DNA of 64,000 nucleotides from Amoeboaphelidium occidentale. Lineage: Eukaryota. A model generated the notes under the pieces. That model searched no databases, was not told where the DNA came from, and saw only the letters and a list, made by a program, of their open reading frames with translations. The position numbers and the translations under genes are program-made. Position 1 is the first letter of the stretch. Each line of letters starts with the position of its first letter. The stretch is taken from the NCBI GenBank assembly GCA_023515795.1, contig JALGPX010000014.1, forward strand, positions 1 through 64,000. The letters are read 5' to 3'. Shown piece after piece: positions 1-11,471 of this stretch.

Positions 1-477
1 ATAAAAGTCGCAAGACGAGAATGGTGGATATCATTATTGCATGTTCTGAATTTTTGTTTATCTGAAAATAGAACAAATCGAAATGCTTGCGACTTGTGAC
101 TCGATTTTCACGACTGTTTCATGCATAAGGAAAATCGATTCCGTTTTAATAGTAACTTGCATGTGTTGGCTTATGGGTGTTGGTTATTTAACCTTAGCTG
201 AGTCTCGCTTTGGGATCCTTCAAGTTTTACATTTGGATTCTGTAAAACAAGACCTTTTAACATTAGAAGAGTTACACCAATTGAACCTACTAATAAACTA
301 GAAAACCCTACCCTGGTAGACTCTTATTAAATGGATTTGGAGACGTCTGGCCTCCCCATCAATGGTATCTAAGCAAACAAGACCATTTGATCACTACTGT
401 GTGGTCTGTGCGTTGATTGATTTCACCAAGCAAGATTACTAGACCTCTGAAACATCATAGAACTCATCAAAACAAGA

Positions 478-1077
478 ATGGAAAGCACATATCTACCTAC
501 AGGACAAGAATTGCAGTTCCGGCAGAATCTTAGAATCTTGTTTCAAGCTGTTGCTCACACAGAAGGAACTCCAATTGATGAACTATCAAAAGATCAAGAT
601 AGTTTGCACAGCTTAGATCCATATTCTCCATACTACAGCCATCGCAACTCTGCGACCGATGATGGTTTATCGCCTACACCTCCCGATCAAGATTCCTCTT
701 ATACCACCACATCAAGAACTTCTTACACTGTGAAGAGAGGTTATCAACAAGAAATACCGAAGAGCAATGATACAACCCCAAGAAAGAGGCCAAAATCTGC
801 TCAGACCGGTGAGAAGAAAGTACAGAAATCGGTATCATCTTCGAAGAGCTACGAACTTGTCCGTCATGATCCTGTTATGCACCGCTTGCACTGCATCAAG
901 ACAATGATACTTAGGGAACTAGGAAAGAAAAGAATGACTTTAGAGCAGGCTACAGCATCCGCAATGGAGAAGTTGTACTATCCTAAGAAAGCAACGCTGT
1001 TTCTATTGAACGATGAGCAACTTCTTGAAACAGAAAGAATGGTAAAAGCATGGCTGAAGGAGAAGTATGAAGCGTAA
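478..1077 (+). CDS. Hypothetical protein, low-complexity S/T/K-rich middle
   Basis: 199-aa ATG-initiated ORF; no recognisable domain. Confidence 0.5.
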   Translation: MESTYLPTGQELQFRQNLRILFQAVAHTEGTPIDELSKDQDSLHSLDPYSPYYSHRNSATDDGLSPTPPDQDSSYTTTSRTSYTVKRGYQQEIPKSNDTTPRKRPKSAQTGEKKVQKSVSSSKSYELVRHDPVMHRLHCIKTMILRELGKKRMTLEQATASAMEKLYYPKKATLFLLNDEQLLETERMVKAWLKEKYEA

Positions 1078-1228
1078 TACTGTGGGAGAAATACGCAAAA
1101 TAAAGTTTTCCTAATTCAATTTACTTCATACCACTCGATAGTAGTCAAATTTCTAACTGGAAACCTCGAACGCAGCCACCTGACGCAAAACTTGTTGGAA
1201 ATTTCCTTTAAATCACTTGAAAGACATC

Positions 1229-2293
1229 ATGGGCGCTTCTTTATCCAACCCAGAAAACTACGATCAGTCTTTGAAACAGAGTGATACTAATGATGGAGTC
1301 CAGAATTTTGATGAGAAGACAGTTGGGATATCTGACCAGACAAGACCTATAAGATCAGTTAGTCGCTCTGATGTTCAACATAGACCTCTACAACAAGAGA
1401 AAACCGATAAGGAAAATCAGAGAGAAAAGTTAAAGGCTGCTGCTGCACCTGTAAGGCCTGCTATGAAAAGAGCATCAGCTAGCCCTGTTAAATCAGCTCA
1501 AACTGCCGCTACTGATAAGAACATAAGAGCCACAGGAAGCCAGAGAAATTACAGTCGATCTCCAGTGATACCTCAAAAGTTTTTTACAGCTCAGACGTCT
1601 CCTGTAAGACCTACTTGGCAAAATAGGGAAGACCAATACACACCGGATGTGTTTTCTGAAGCTGATGAAGAATATGATGATATTGGTGCAGCTTTAAAAG
1701 TTACCGCTCAGGCAAGAGTCACACCTACTGTTACTGCTACAAGAGGTTCTGTTCGTAAAAGAGGTTTTAGAACTGCTTTTGATGTCCTGTTGCCTGATCA
1801 AGAGCAAAACCGCGAAAAGTCTCCAAGTAGACCTCCAGTGAAGGTTGTTGCAAAAGCATCTCCAAGAATTCCTGTCTCATCTTTCACGACTCCACAAAGA
1901 CAGACCGCTCCAAATCATTTGAGTCAAGGATCACCAAGTGGACCAGGAACAAGTGCTTCACCTGAACATGTTATCCCACTGGCATCAGCTATCAAAACAA
2001 AAGATAGAAGAGCAAAGGTTTATTGGACTGATGAAGAGTTTGCTGCTTTACAGGCTGGAATGAGAAAGCACGGAACCAAATGGAGTGATATAAAGAAAGA
2101 TCCAGCGTTTGAAGCAATTCTAGAAAACAGAACAGTCGTAGATCTGAAGGACAAGGCGAGGAATGAGAAAAGAGCCCGTTTGAGAAACTTTGGAATGTCG
2201 AACCATGGTCTTGGTGTGTTTGCTCAAGTCAGTGCAGTAGGAGGAGAAGGTGCGTGGCATTATGAGTCTCCCGAAAGAGCAGGAAGAACTTAA
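1229..2293 (+). CDS. TRF/telobox-type single Myb-domain protein (putative telomere-repeat binding)
   Basis: C-terminal WTDEE..LQAGMRKHG..WSDI..LENRTVVDLKDKARN matches the telobox Myb consensus; first ATG at 1229. Confidence 0.8.
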   Translation: MGASLSNPENYDQSLKQSDTNDGVQNFDEKTVGISDQTRPIRSVSRSDVQHRPLQQEKTDKENQREKLKAAAAPVRPAMKRASASPVKSAQTAATDKNIRATGSQRNYSRSPVIPQKFFTAQTSPVRPTWQNREDQYTPDVFSEADEEYDDIGAALKVTAQARVTPTVTATRGSVRKRGFRTAFDVLLPDQEQNREKSPSRPPVKVVAKASPRIPVSSFTTPQRQTAPNHLSQGSPSGPGTSASPEHVIPLASAIKTKDRRAKVYWTDEEFAALQAGMRKHGTKWSDIKKDPAFEAILENRTVVDLKDKARNEKRARLRNFGMSNHGLGVFAQVSAVGGEGAWHYESPERAGRT

Positions 2294-2368
2294 TTGAGGT
2301 TTCCTCTTGTAATGAATAGTAGAGAATAATAAACGAGTGTTGTTGCTATAAAGAAGTGTTTTTTGATC

Positions 2369-3397
2369 ATGTCACTTCAAGATGCTGAATATGTTGAATT
2401 ACTTTCACCGCAAGGATCTAAACCATTGGCTGAATGGGCGGAGGTTTCAAATAATAAGAGGTCTAGACCTGTTACAAGAGAGTATGATAGAAGTGCTAAA
2501 GGTCTATGTTTTGTATTGAATGGCCGCACTTTGAACTTTCCTTCAACAAAGAATTCTGATCTGTATCATCCTGTCATTGTGCTTCAAGTATATCTTGATT
2601 TAAATTGCATTATGTCTATTGAGATTATTGCTTCTGCCTCCTCTACTACAGTATCACATAAGTTTAGAAACAAAAGTTCAATGCTCACAAGAGATACAAA
2701 GATTGTGTTTAGCAGCGTTGTCAAGTCAAAGAAGAGTGATCCTTTGCATGTAACCCTTCCACTTGATGTGAAAAGAGGACGATGGAATAATGTTGTTATT
2801 GATATGGAAGCCGTGCTTATGGGAACATGCGATTTAAAGCTCAAAAAGATACACAAGCTCTCAATTACAGGATCTTGTCGAGTTCGAAAGGTTTTTGCAC
2901 TCAAAAGGCATTTAACTTCATTAAAGAATACAACCAAAGATATCAAGTTTCCCAGAGATTTGGATTTCTCATATGCTTGTGAACATGGTAATCTGAAAGT
3001 TGAATGTTTCGGTGATCAAATCAAGTGGTCAAGATATCGAGGGCTGTTAAAAAGTGACGATGATCTTACATGGGCTGAAGAAGCTAATCCGGAACAAGAA
3101 TTTAAGTTGTCTACTCCTCAAAAGAAACAACCTCCTGAAACAGGTTGCAGTGATCGTGGCCCAAAAGCTGAATCGGACTTTTTTGAAATGGAACCTCAGA
3201 AAGTAGCATTTAAATCTCCAAAAGGAAATTACAATCCATCGCGATATTACTCGATTGAGACGAAGAGCCTGAAACCGACAAAGCTGCATGAAACAATCAA
3301 CAATCCTCCTAGAATATCAAACAGAGATCTTGAGCTTATAAATCTGCTGCAAGAAACATCTTTGATTATATCCAAGGCTTATGCTAATCTATCTTAA
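2369..3397 (+). CDS. CFAP20-domain protein (CFAP20DC/C3orf67-like)
   Basis: YVELLSPQG, VLQVY, PLHVTLPL, WNNVVID and CRVRKVFALK follow the CFA20 domain pattern. Confidence 0.7.
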   Translation: MSLQDAEYVELLSPQGSKPLAEWAEVSNNKRSRPVTREYDRSAKGLCFVLNGRTLNFPSTKNSDLYHPVIVLQVYLDLNCIMSIEIIASASSTTVSHKFRNKSSMLTRDTKIVFSSVVKSKKSDPLHVTLPLDVKRGRWNNVVIDMEAVLMGTCDLKLKKIHKLSITGSCRVRKVFALKRHLTSLKNTTKDIKFPRDLDFSYACEHGNLKVECFGDQIKWSRYRGLLKSDDDLTWAEEANPEQEFKLSTPQKKQPPETGCSDRGPKAESDFFEMEPQKVAFKSPKGNYNPSRYYSIETKSLKPTKLHETINNPPRISNRDLELINLLQETSLIISKAYANLS

Positions 3398-3438
3398 ATC
3401 AATAGACGTTTAAATATGTTTATTTGGATTTAGTACCA

Positions 3439-4435
3439 TTAAAGGAAATAATCAGGAACAGGTTTCTTAGCTGGCGTACCACGAGTATCTTGAGGAGCTG
3501 CATCGAATATCTTGTATGTTCTTTCTAAACGGTCGTCTAGTTCTAATATAGCAGCTACATTACCACAACGATAACAATAATTTGGAGCTGACCAAACAGT
3601 TACAACAGTATCATTAAACATCTGCTTGTAACCTTCCATCACCAACTGATGCGCTCTAGCAATAAGTTCCAACTTATTTGTGTGATTAAATGCCATAGAA
3701 ACATCACCTCCAAACAGGTATCCTGCGCCTCTTGGACTCAAACCCCAGCCTGTGATATCGTCTGGATCACTCCATAACAAATCACACATTGCACCATCAT
3801 GCGGAACTTCTTGTTTCCTATCAATGGTTCTTATCTGATCAAGAGTATTTATGGAAGGAGACAAGCCACCATGCACACAAAATACTCGGTCATCAATAAT
3901 GGCAGACAGACTCAGAAAGTCAAAGATCTCGCAACAGTATCGCCATACATTAACAGAACCAAATTTCCGCAAGCATTCATCGTAAAAACCATAAACCTGC
4001 GTAATCTGTCTGGACTCATGGTTGCCTCTTATGAGAGTTATTCTGTCAGGGTATCTGACCTAAGCAATGTCAATTACAGCGGATACAGAAAGCGCATACT
4101 TTAAGAGCGAGCAACAAGAGAAAAGTCTCCACTGAGTAAAAGCCTCTGTCCACAAAATCGCCCATGAAAAGATAATTCGTCTTTGGACACTCTCCACCCT
4201 CTTTGAATAGTTCCTTAAGATCGTAAAACTGCCCATGAATGTCGCCGCAAATTGTCACTGGAGCATCGACCTTTTGTACATTCGATTCTTCAATAAGGAT
4301 TTCCTTTGCTTTGTTGCAGAGCTCCTTAACCTCTGCCTCTGTAATGAGCTCGCATTCCCTCAGCAGTTCGATTTGTCTTGTAAAGTCAGACACGCCTCCG
4401 TTTCAAAGTTACCGGTCAAGGTCATTGTGAGACAT
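3439..4435 (-). CDS. PPP4C: Ser/Thr protein phosphatase 4 catalytic subunit; introns 4377-4412 (36 nt) and 4060-4099 (40 nt)
   Basis: Spliced start [42 protein letters not shown]-terminal DYFL. Confidence 0.92.
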
Positions 4436-4754
4436 TTCTCAAAAACAAAAGTAGAACATGCAGGCAAGTGTTTTTTAGCATTTCGCGAAGGATATCGGCA
4501 AGATATATGTAATAGCCTTTATGATTTCATGAGCAGTGGACGATACTATTTCTGCATCATGTCATCCACGCAGTCTCGAATAACGCTTTAGCTTCCCACG
4601 ATGATTACACAATCTAGATCTAGATACGTGACTACAGCTTTACGCTATTAATCTTAAGTCGCCAATTCAGATGATTTCTTTTGTTAAGTCGCGCTTGGGC
4701 TTGAAACGTTCCTTCGGTTGCCGATCATGAAAATTTTTCTTTTAATCAGTCAAG

Positions 4755-4942
4755 GTAAAATACTCACAAATAATCGACCTTTCATCCGCGCTAAACAGGA
4801 GAGCTCAGCGTTTTAATTTGTTCGCAATGCCATTCCGAAGATGCCTACCGAAGACTGCATTTCAGGCTGATAAGTTCGACGTGTTTTGTGGATGAATGGA
4901 TCGATTGTATTATCAGAACGTACTAATTCTGTCTCTTTTTAG
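4755..4942 (+). other. Predicted 188-nt 5'-UTR intron of the eL42 gene
   Basis: CAAG|GTAAAA donor, TACTAAT branch site at 4921, pyrimidine tract and TAG immediately before the ATG; donor choice is inferred. Confidence 0.65.
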
Positions 4943-5263
4943 ATGGTCAACATACCAAAGACAAGAAACACTTTCTGTAAGGGAAAAGAATGCCAAAAGC
5001 ACACACCTCACAAAGTTACTCAGTACAAGACTGGAAAGGCTTCTTTGTTCGCTCAGGGAAAGCGCCGTTACGATGCTAAGCAGAAGGGTTTCGGTGGTCA
5101 GACTAAGCCTGTGTTCCACAAGAAGGCAAAGACCACAAAGAAGATTGTGCTTAGATTGGAATGCACTCAGTGCAAATACAAACATCAGCTCGCTTTGAAG
5201 AGATGCAAGCACTTTGAATTGGGTGGTGAAAAGAAGACCAAGAACGCTGCATTGAACTTTTAA
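4943..5263 (+). CDS. RPL42: 60S ribosomal protein eL42 (L36a/L44)
   Basis: [38 protein letters not shown]. Confidence 0.97.
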   Translation: MVNIPKTRNTFCKGKECQKHTPHKVTQYKTGKASLFAQGKRRYDAKQKGFGGQTKPVFHKKAKTTKKIVLRLECTQCKYKHQLALKRCKHFELGGEKKTKNAALNF

Positions 5264-5290
5264 ATAAAACCAAATGGCAGTTTAATACGT

Positions 5291-8200
5291 TTATTGGAGT
5301 CTTTTGACGGTTTCATTGTAAATATCAAGTGCAAACTTTTCCAGAGGTCCAGCAACAGACTTATCTTGATCAAATCCTTCAAGTTGCTCCTTGAAATGAT
5401 CATTCCATAGTTTCGCGTTGAAGAACACAACTAATGAGTTCTTGGCTCTAGAGAACGCATCAAAAAGCTTTTCGGGTTTATCTGTAAACATTCCCACATC
5501 TTTTGTTCTAACAAGCGACACCAGAACATATTCAGATTCTCTTCCTAAGAAAGCATCAACTGTTCCACAAAAGTTTGGCACTCCAAATAGCGCTTGAAGG
5601 CCATCAGAAGAGCTGCATCGAGTTTTCAGAACATCTAGAAACCATTAGAATCTCCAATGAAACAGATTACCATTAATCAAGCTGGCTTGTCCTTGATAAG
5701 GTGTCAGTATTGATATATCTTTAGCGGGAACTCCATCAAGTCTCAAACGTTGATAGTAAGCTACAATGTATTCGGCTTCTGCAAGATTTTGGTAAAAGCC
5801 TTTTCTTGGTTCTGACTCTGAGATTTCTTGTCCAGAAAATTCACCACTAACATCAATTAGTTTTGCTACGCCTGATTTCTTTTCTTTTGCAGAAGTTTTC
5901 ATTGAAGTGTAATGGCTCGACATAACGGATCGCATTGCCTCTGCCGTAAATCGATGTGGCTCCAGAAGTTTAGTTGAGGGAACTCCAAGCCTCAATAACC
6001 TGTTGTAAAGACTAGACTTATTGGAATAAAATTCAGGACCTATNNNNNNNNNNNNNNNNNNNNCATTGCCTCTACCGTAAATCGATGTGGCTCCAGCAGT
6101 TTAGTTGAGGGAACTCCAAGCCTCAATAACCTGTTGTAAAGACTAGACTTATTGGAATAAAATTCAGGACCTATTCCTGCCATTACTGCTTTCCAATTCT
6201 TGACCAAAGAACCATCTCGAAGCAGAAGGGATAATGGTATGAAAGAGTTCAGTTCATCCAGCATATGGGCATCGTCAACTATAACAGTTGTAATTCCATT
6301 GATACCGCTCAATTCTNNNNNNNNNNNNNNNNNNNNNAGAACCATCTCGAAGCAGAAGGGATAATGGTACGAAAGAGTTCAGTTCATCCAGCATATGGGC
6401 ATCGTCAACTATAACAGTTGTAATTCCATTGATACCGCTCAATTCTTTCAAACGCATTAAACAATTTGTAGAAGTAACTGCGATTAACTTCATTTCAGTT
6501 CTCATCAAGTAATTGGCTCTTTCGTAGTTGGAGCTCAACAGATCCAGACACTTGAGCTGTTTAAGTTCAGTAAACAAGTTATTTAAATGAGACCAAGCCT
6601 TGTTAGTATCTTTTATCCCTAAAGCCTTGCTATAGTAATCTGTAAACGGAAAAGTGGAGGATTGACTCAATACCGTATCGTAAAAGTCGACGGCTGTGTA
6701 AGTGGACTCCCAAACGTCACCAACTGAATAGTTTAAAGTGGATACCATATCTTTGACCTGATTTAGCAGGACATCTCGCCTTTTTAAAAACGCTTTAACC
6801 CTATTCGGCTTCGAGTACTTGCTAAATTCATCCTCAGTGTGACCAATTCTCATAATGTACTCACTATCATCCAGTTTGTCCAAGATGATGTCACATGTAG
6901 AACCAGTCCTAGTGACCAAAAGAATTTTTCCTGCAGTATCTGACGCCAACAAGGAATTGATGTGTTCTGCCAAAACAAAGCTCTTCCCCGTTCCAGGAAA
7001 ACCATCCAACAATAACATACCTGTATTACCCAATAGATAATTCAAAGCCTCTTTTTGATCTTTCGAGAGCTTCTTTTTACTTTCTTTTAGCTTCGATGCC
7101 TTTTCATTCGAGTAAACTATTTCCTCAGGGTTTCCATAGCCCAAGATCATTTGACAAAGCTCATTGTTATCCAAAGCATTGTTGCGAACAATAGATTTCA
7201 CTGTGCTACTAACTTGCTTATAATTGTTCATACTAGGATTCAATTTCAAGACCAAATTATATCCTTCAAGCGTTCCTAACTCACTGGAGGCAACGCGAAG
7301 AACCAACTTGCTTGAATTTCCTCCATCAACTCTCATTTTCTCGCCAAGCAAGTATGGCTTTCCATGTTCATCTCTCACGAGATTTCCGGCACCCTCCTCC
7401 TGGACATAACCAACAAAACGAACACCTCTCACTTTTTCAATGCCATAATTAGTTCCACTGCTCTGATTAAAAGAGCTTTTTACAGATATCAAGTACAAAG
7501 TTTCTCCTTCTTCTAGTACTTCCCATTCTGCTCTTACAACATCTGAGAATCTAGACATGGATATACTAATGTCCAATTCTAATTCTTCACTGACCACAGA
7601 GTTTTCGTCGACAACATTTTTCATCGTAACAACATGATGGCTGGCGAATTTGACTTCGTAGTCCGATATTGGTAAAATATTTCTGGACCAACCATTAAAC
7701 TGAGTAAAATTCAATTTCTTTGCTTGTTCAGATAGAATGGGCGAGGGCTTCAGCTTTTTCAAAGATTCAGTCACAATCTGTTCCAACTTTGAAAAGTAAC
7801 TGCCAGCAAAACCACCAAAGTGCAACTTCAGATAATGTTTAAGAGATGCGAATTGGACAGGGTTGAATTCATAAGCATTCTTGAAAGAAAACAAATCTTT
7901 CTCATTTCCGTACAAAGTATCGTGTTCTTCATTGAAGTGAAAATCATACTTGTTGCTTAAGATTGTTAACAGTACTTCTTTGCTGTAATGCTCCTTATAA
8001 TCAGAACTCAGCAAACTTGTCCTTATTTGAAGCGCATCGCAAATATCTTCCAAAACGCTCAACTCAACCCTGTTCAATAAATGAATACTTTTAGATGCTT
8101 TCGAGATATTCAGAACACAAAACTCATCTCTAAGAACATTATTCTTAAACATAACCTTTTGTAAATCGAAAACTCGTTCATTCTTTTTTGTCAGATCGAA

Positions 8201-8830
8201 TATTTCTGTCAAAAGCTCCTTAGCATGATCAGCTTGTTTTAAATCGTCACGCCCTTTCAATAATTCCAACACATTCGAGTCAAGTAAAAGAATGCGAAAA
8301 TACTTTGAAACACTTTCAGAATAATTTAAAATAGCGTAAAATAACTTTAAACACTTTGTGACTTTGTCTAGGTCAAGAACCTTCGCTTTATCAAGCAGCA
8401 TTAACTCAAATTCTCCAAGCGCATGAACAAGACTTTCGTTAATATCATTAGCTTCCGACTGACTTTTAAGTTTCCATTTGTCATAAGCCTTTTTAAAATC
8501 CTTAGAGATGAGCTCGTTGCGCTTCGCATCATTCGCAATGTAATCCAACAGATGAGGCTTCAGCATTGGAAGCAATTTCTTTCGTACTTCCTCGGAATCG
8601 ATATTCAATGATAAATCCAAAAGCTCTTCGACAGAGAGAACGTTCTTTGATTCCATCTGCACCTCGGCGGTTACTGCGCTCTTGGCTTTCTTGCCACGCC
8701 CAGCCTTCTTCGATGCTTCAGGCGACTCATTCTTTCGTTTCTTAGTTTCTTTGGTAGCATCTTCTTCATGTTCCGATACTTCTTCGTCGCTCTTCTTTAT
8801 GTCCTTCGTTTTTCTGCGTCCCCTAGGCAT
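5291..8830 (-). CDS. AQR: Divergent Aquarius/Cwf11 intron-binding SF1 RNA helicase; 36-nt intron 5635-5670; model disrupted by N gaps and duplicated sequence
   Basis: FNGWSR, VRAEWE, GIEKVRG, NNYK, GYGNP, P-loop GFPGTGKS, YQNLAEAEYIVA, ISILTPYQGQ, SLVRT, SRAK. Confidence 0.8.
5932..6435. repeat. Near-identical tandem duplications beside N gaps 6044-6063 and 6317-6337 (probable assembly/haplotype artefact)
   Basis: About 100-bp blocks repeated on both sides of each N run with isolated substitutions (FTAEAM/FTVEAM, FIPL/FVPL). Confidence 0.85.
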
Positions 8831-9140
8831 TCTGCGTTGAAAGAATAAAAGCGGTTGATTGCGATCAATAAAGGAAACCACGCGCTGTACCACTAAAACG
8901 AAATACTTAACGACGACATCTCTCTAAAGTTTATTATAGTAGGCTAGGCAGGCTTCGATCAAGCGATAAAGACTTTGATCATCATGATAACACCAGTTCA
9001 TGATCATATTGGCAATACAACAATTCAATTATCTCGGAATCATTCCCAGAGCCCCAACATTCCAGCCCCGGAAGTCGCTTTATGTCGGATCTTCCCCATG
9101 AATTTCTTTGAAACTGAAAATTCACTTTGGTGATCTTCAC

Positions 9141-10316
9141 ATGAACTCGCAAAACAGCGATAATCATCTTGCAGTTGCTCATAAACTGAAGTCTCTGGTA
9201 TTTGAGGATCCTACTTCGATAATTCTTCTGAGCACAGAGACGACATCGCTGTTCCTTCGCTTGCTGTTACCTACAGATTATCATCACAATGATTACTGGG
9301 AGACTGAAAAACCATCGATCATGGACTACGCTTTTGCTTTACAGGATTATTTGAGTGTGTTTCTTCTATGCCGGAATGATCCCTTGTATGAGTTGGTTTT
9401 ATCTTTATGTTGGACCTTTGGCTGTTTGTATTACGAGCAGCTGATCACTGTCGCTGGGGTTTTGGCTCTTTTTGGGTTGTATGTCTGTGCAAAACATCGT
9501 AACTCTGAGAGCAGCACAGTAGAGATGCTTAAACCATCTGAGAAGATCAGAAGGTTGAACGATATTATGAGACAGGCTTCCGAAGTTCAGGATAGTTTAC
9601 CTGCAAAGTCAAATGTTTTACCGAATGATTTTAGATTCACCGGTATGCAGTTCTTGTTGTGTTCTATGCTCTGGGTTGCTGTACAAATTTATGTTCCAAT
9701 GCGCTATCAAGTAATGGTCGTTGGGAATGTTTTCATATTGTTCAATTGGCTACAATCGATCTATGACGCTTTGCCTGTCGATTATGTGTTAGATAAGGCA
9801 AGAAAAACATTCGCAAAGAAGAAAATAATCAAGAAAATTGAATTTGGCTTTCCTGTTGATAGTCGCAAAGTTGTAGAAGCTGATCATCGTGATCAAGAAG
9901 ATTATGAATTTGAATCTGCGTTTTCAAGCAACCAGTTAGAATTGGCCGAACAGGTGGAAGCTCAAAGACGTAGCGCTATTGAGTCGATCTTGCACTTGGA
10001 AGAAAGAGAAAGATACTGGGCTGGTCTTGGTTGGGCAAAGTTCTTCATTCCTGACATTGATCCTTCTTTTCCGTGCGCTTATCGGTTGTATTTGGATAAT
10101 GAAACTCCATCTGATTATTGGTTTGAGACTATGGATGAAGTCAAGAAATATGCTGAAGTTAACGAATTTGAGTTTTTAGAAGATGAATGGTCAGAATTAG
10201 GCGACTGGGAGTATTCAAATATGTTCTGGAAGACTGGCGGTTTCAAAGAGAAATCTTTGAGAAGCTTCACTCGCCGTAGACTTCTTACTAGAAAAGTTTG
10301 TGTTACTAAAGAATAA
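9141..10316 (+). CDS. Pex23/Pex24-family dysferlin-domain membrane peroxin-like protein (start uncertain)
   Basis: Hydrophobic reticulon-like stretches plus C-terminal ERYWAGLGW...WEYSNMFW...FTRRR dysferlin motifs. Confidence 0.7.
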   Translation: MNSQNSDNHLAVAHKLKSLVFEDPTSIILLSTETTSLFLRLLLPTDYHHNDYWETEKPSIMDYAFALQDYLSVFLLCRNDPLYELVLSLCWTFGCLYYEQLITVAGVLALFGLYVCAKHRNSESSTVEMLKPSEKIRRLNDIMRQASEVQDSLPAKSNVLPNDFRFTGMQFLLCSMLWVAVQIYVPMRYQVMVVGNVFILFNWLQSIYDALPVDYVLDKARKTFAKKKIIKKIEFGFPVDSRKVVEADHRDQEDYEFESAFSSNQLELAEQVEAQRRSAIESILHLEERERYWAGLGWAKFFIPDIDPSFPCAYRLYLDNETPSDYWFETMDEVKKYAEVNEFEFLEDEWSELGDWEYSNMFWKTGGFKEKSLRSFTRRRLLTRKVCVTKE

Positions 10317-10327
10317 ACAATGTTTTA

Positions 10328-11364
10328 TTATTTCTTGGCCATAGTGGAATCCGTAAACAAGAACATGAATGTAAAAAAGAAACCCACCCATGTTCCGATC
10401 ATAATCAGAAGAACTATGGTGCCTGTGCTCAATTGTTTAGCTTTGGAAGCTTGTTGTTGATTCTGTGCATTTTCTATAGTCGCAAATAAAGGATAGTAAT
10501 TTCTGACCAGCACAAACGATGTTAAACCCAACCCAGCTAGCCCCACTACAGTCTTGAAGAACACTCCCGTGTAAATTGTCAGTATCAAGCACACACACCA
10601 AATTGCGATCGGGTAACCATAAGTTGCAATAACTTCAACCAAAGATATTTTAATGCCTGTCCAGTACTTCATAAGCAGCCACATGAAAAGCGGAACAATT
10701 GTAACCATTGAGTACACAACAGACGCAGAATATCCAACCTTCTCGAATGGATATTTAAAACCGCCATTCTGCGTGACGTAAAGCATGTTCCTTATGGTTC
10801 CGGTGACGAATATTAAAAGTATAAATGTTGTCGCTATCCAAAATGGACCGTATAAATCTTTACAAAAAGTCTTAGTATCCTCTTGGACATAAATAGAAAA
10901 GTTACCAGCGTTTCCTGCCATAAGATCGAACAAATACTCCTTTGGAATGAACACCGAGAAAGTTCTCTTCAAAACGTCGGATGTTTCAACTTCAAAGTAT
11001 CCCTGGTAGAATCCCAAAGTCCAGAACGGTTTCCCAGCGGATGATTGTTGTGCTCCTGTTGCATCTGCGCCAGCTTGTCCTGTCGAACTTTCAATTCCTA
11101 ATTACACAAAAGGCATGAGACGCTCTTTCATCACAAAATCGAATTTTACTAATTGAAACTTGTGGGTTCTGTCTGGGCTGTGGCGTAGTCGACAGTGCTG
11201 GTGGAGATTTCTGGTTGATAGCAGGAGCTGAGTTTGTCGAAAAGCTCTGGAATTCCAATGAAGCAGGGCCAAGTTCCGCATCCTTTTAAAATTTAGTAAA
11301 AAGTGTTAAACCATTTAATAATTACTGGGTCAAGGCCGTCTAGCAAAGCGTCGCTCTTTGACAT
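10328..11364 (-). CDS. Yip1-domain protein (YIPF1/2, Yip5-like) with short 5' introns
   Basis: Spliced MSKSDALLDGLDP/DAELGPASLEFQSF; FWTLGFYQGYFEV, DLYGPFWIATT, YGY; several TMs. Confidence 0.85.
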
Positions 11365-11471
11365 GATTTGTGAATTTGCTGTTGTTTGATGCTGAAAAAG
11401 AAAGACAGTAGGGCTTATTGGATATCGGGTTGCCCTTTAATTGGTGGATCTATTCGCTTATTAGAGAAAGC

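Noticed and set aside
83..301. 72-aa ORF and the AAGTCGCAAG/CTTGCGACTT inverted repeat near the window start
   Set aside because: No motif support, and context is cut by the window edge
5090..5120. eL42 cycloheximide-resistance site
   Set aside because: Reads GQTKPVFH, the ordinary Pro (sensitive-type) residue
3439..5263. Possible TAA/TAG reassignment as known in some aphelids
   Set aside because: Conserved proteins end at TAA exactly at their expected C-termini (PP4 DYFL, eL42) and long ORFs have no in-frame TAA/TAG
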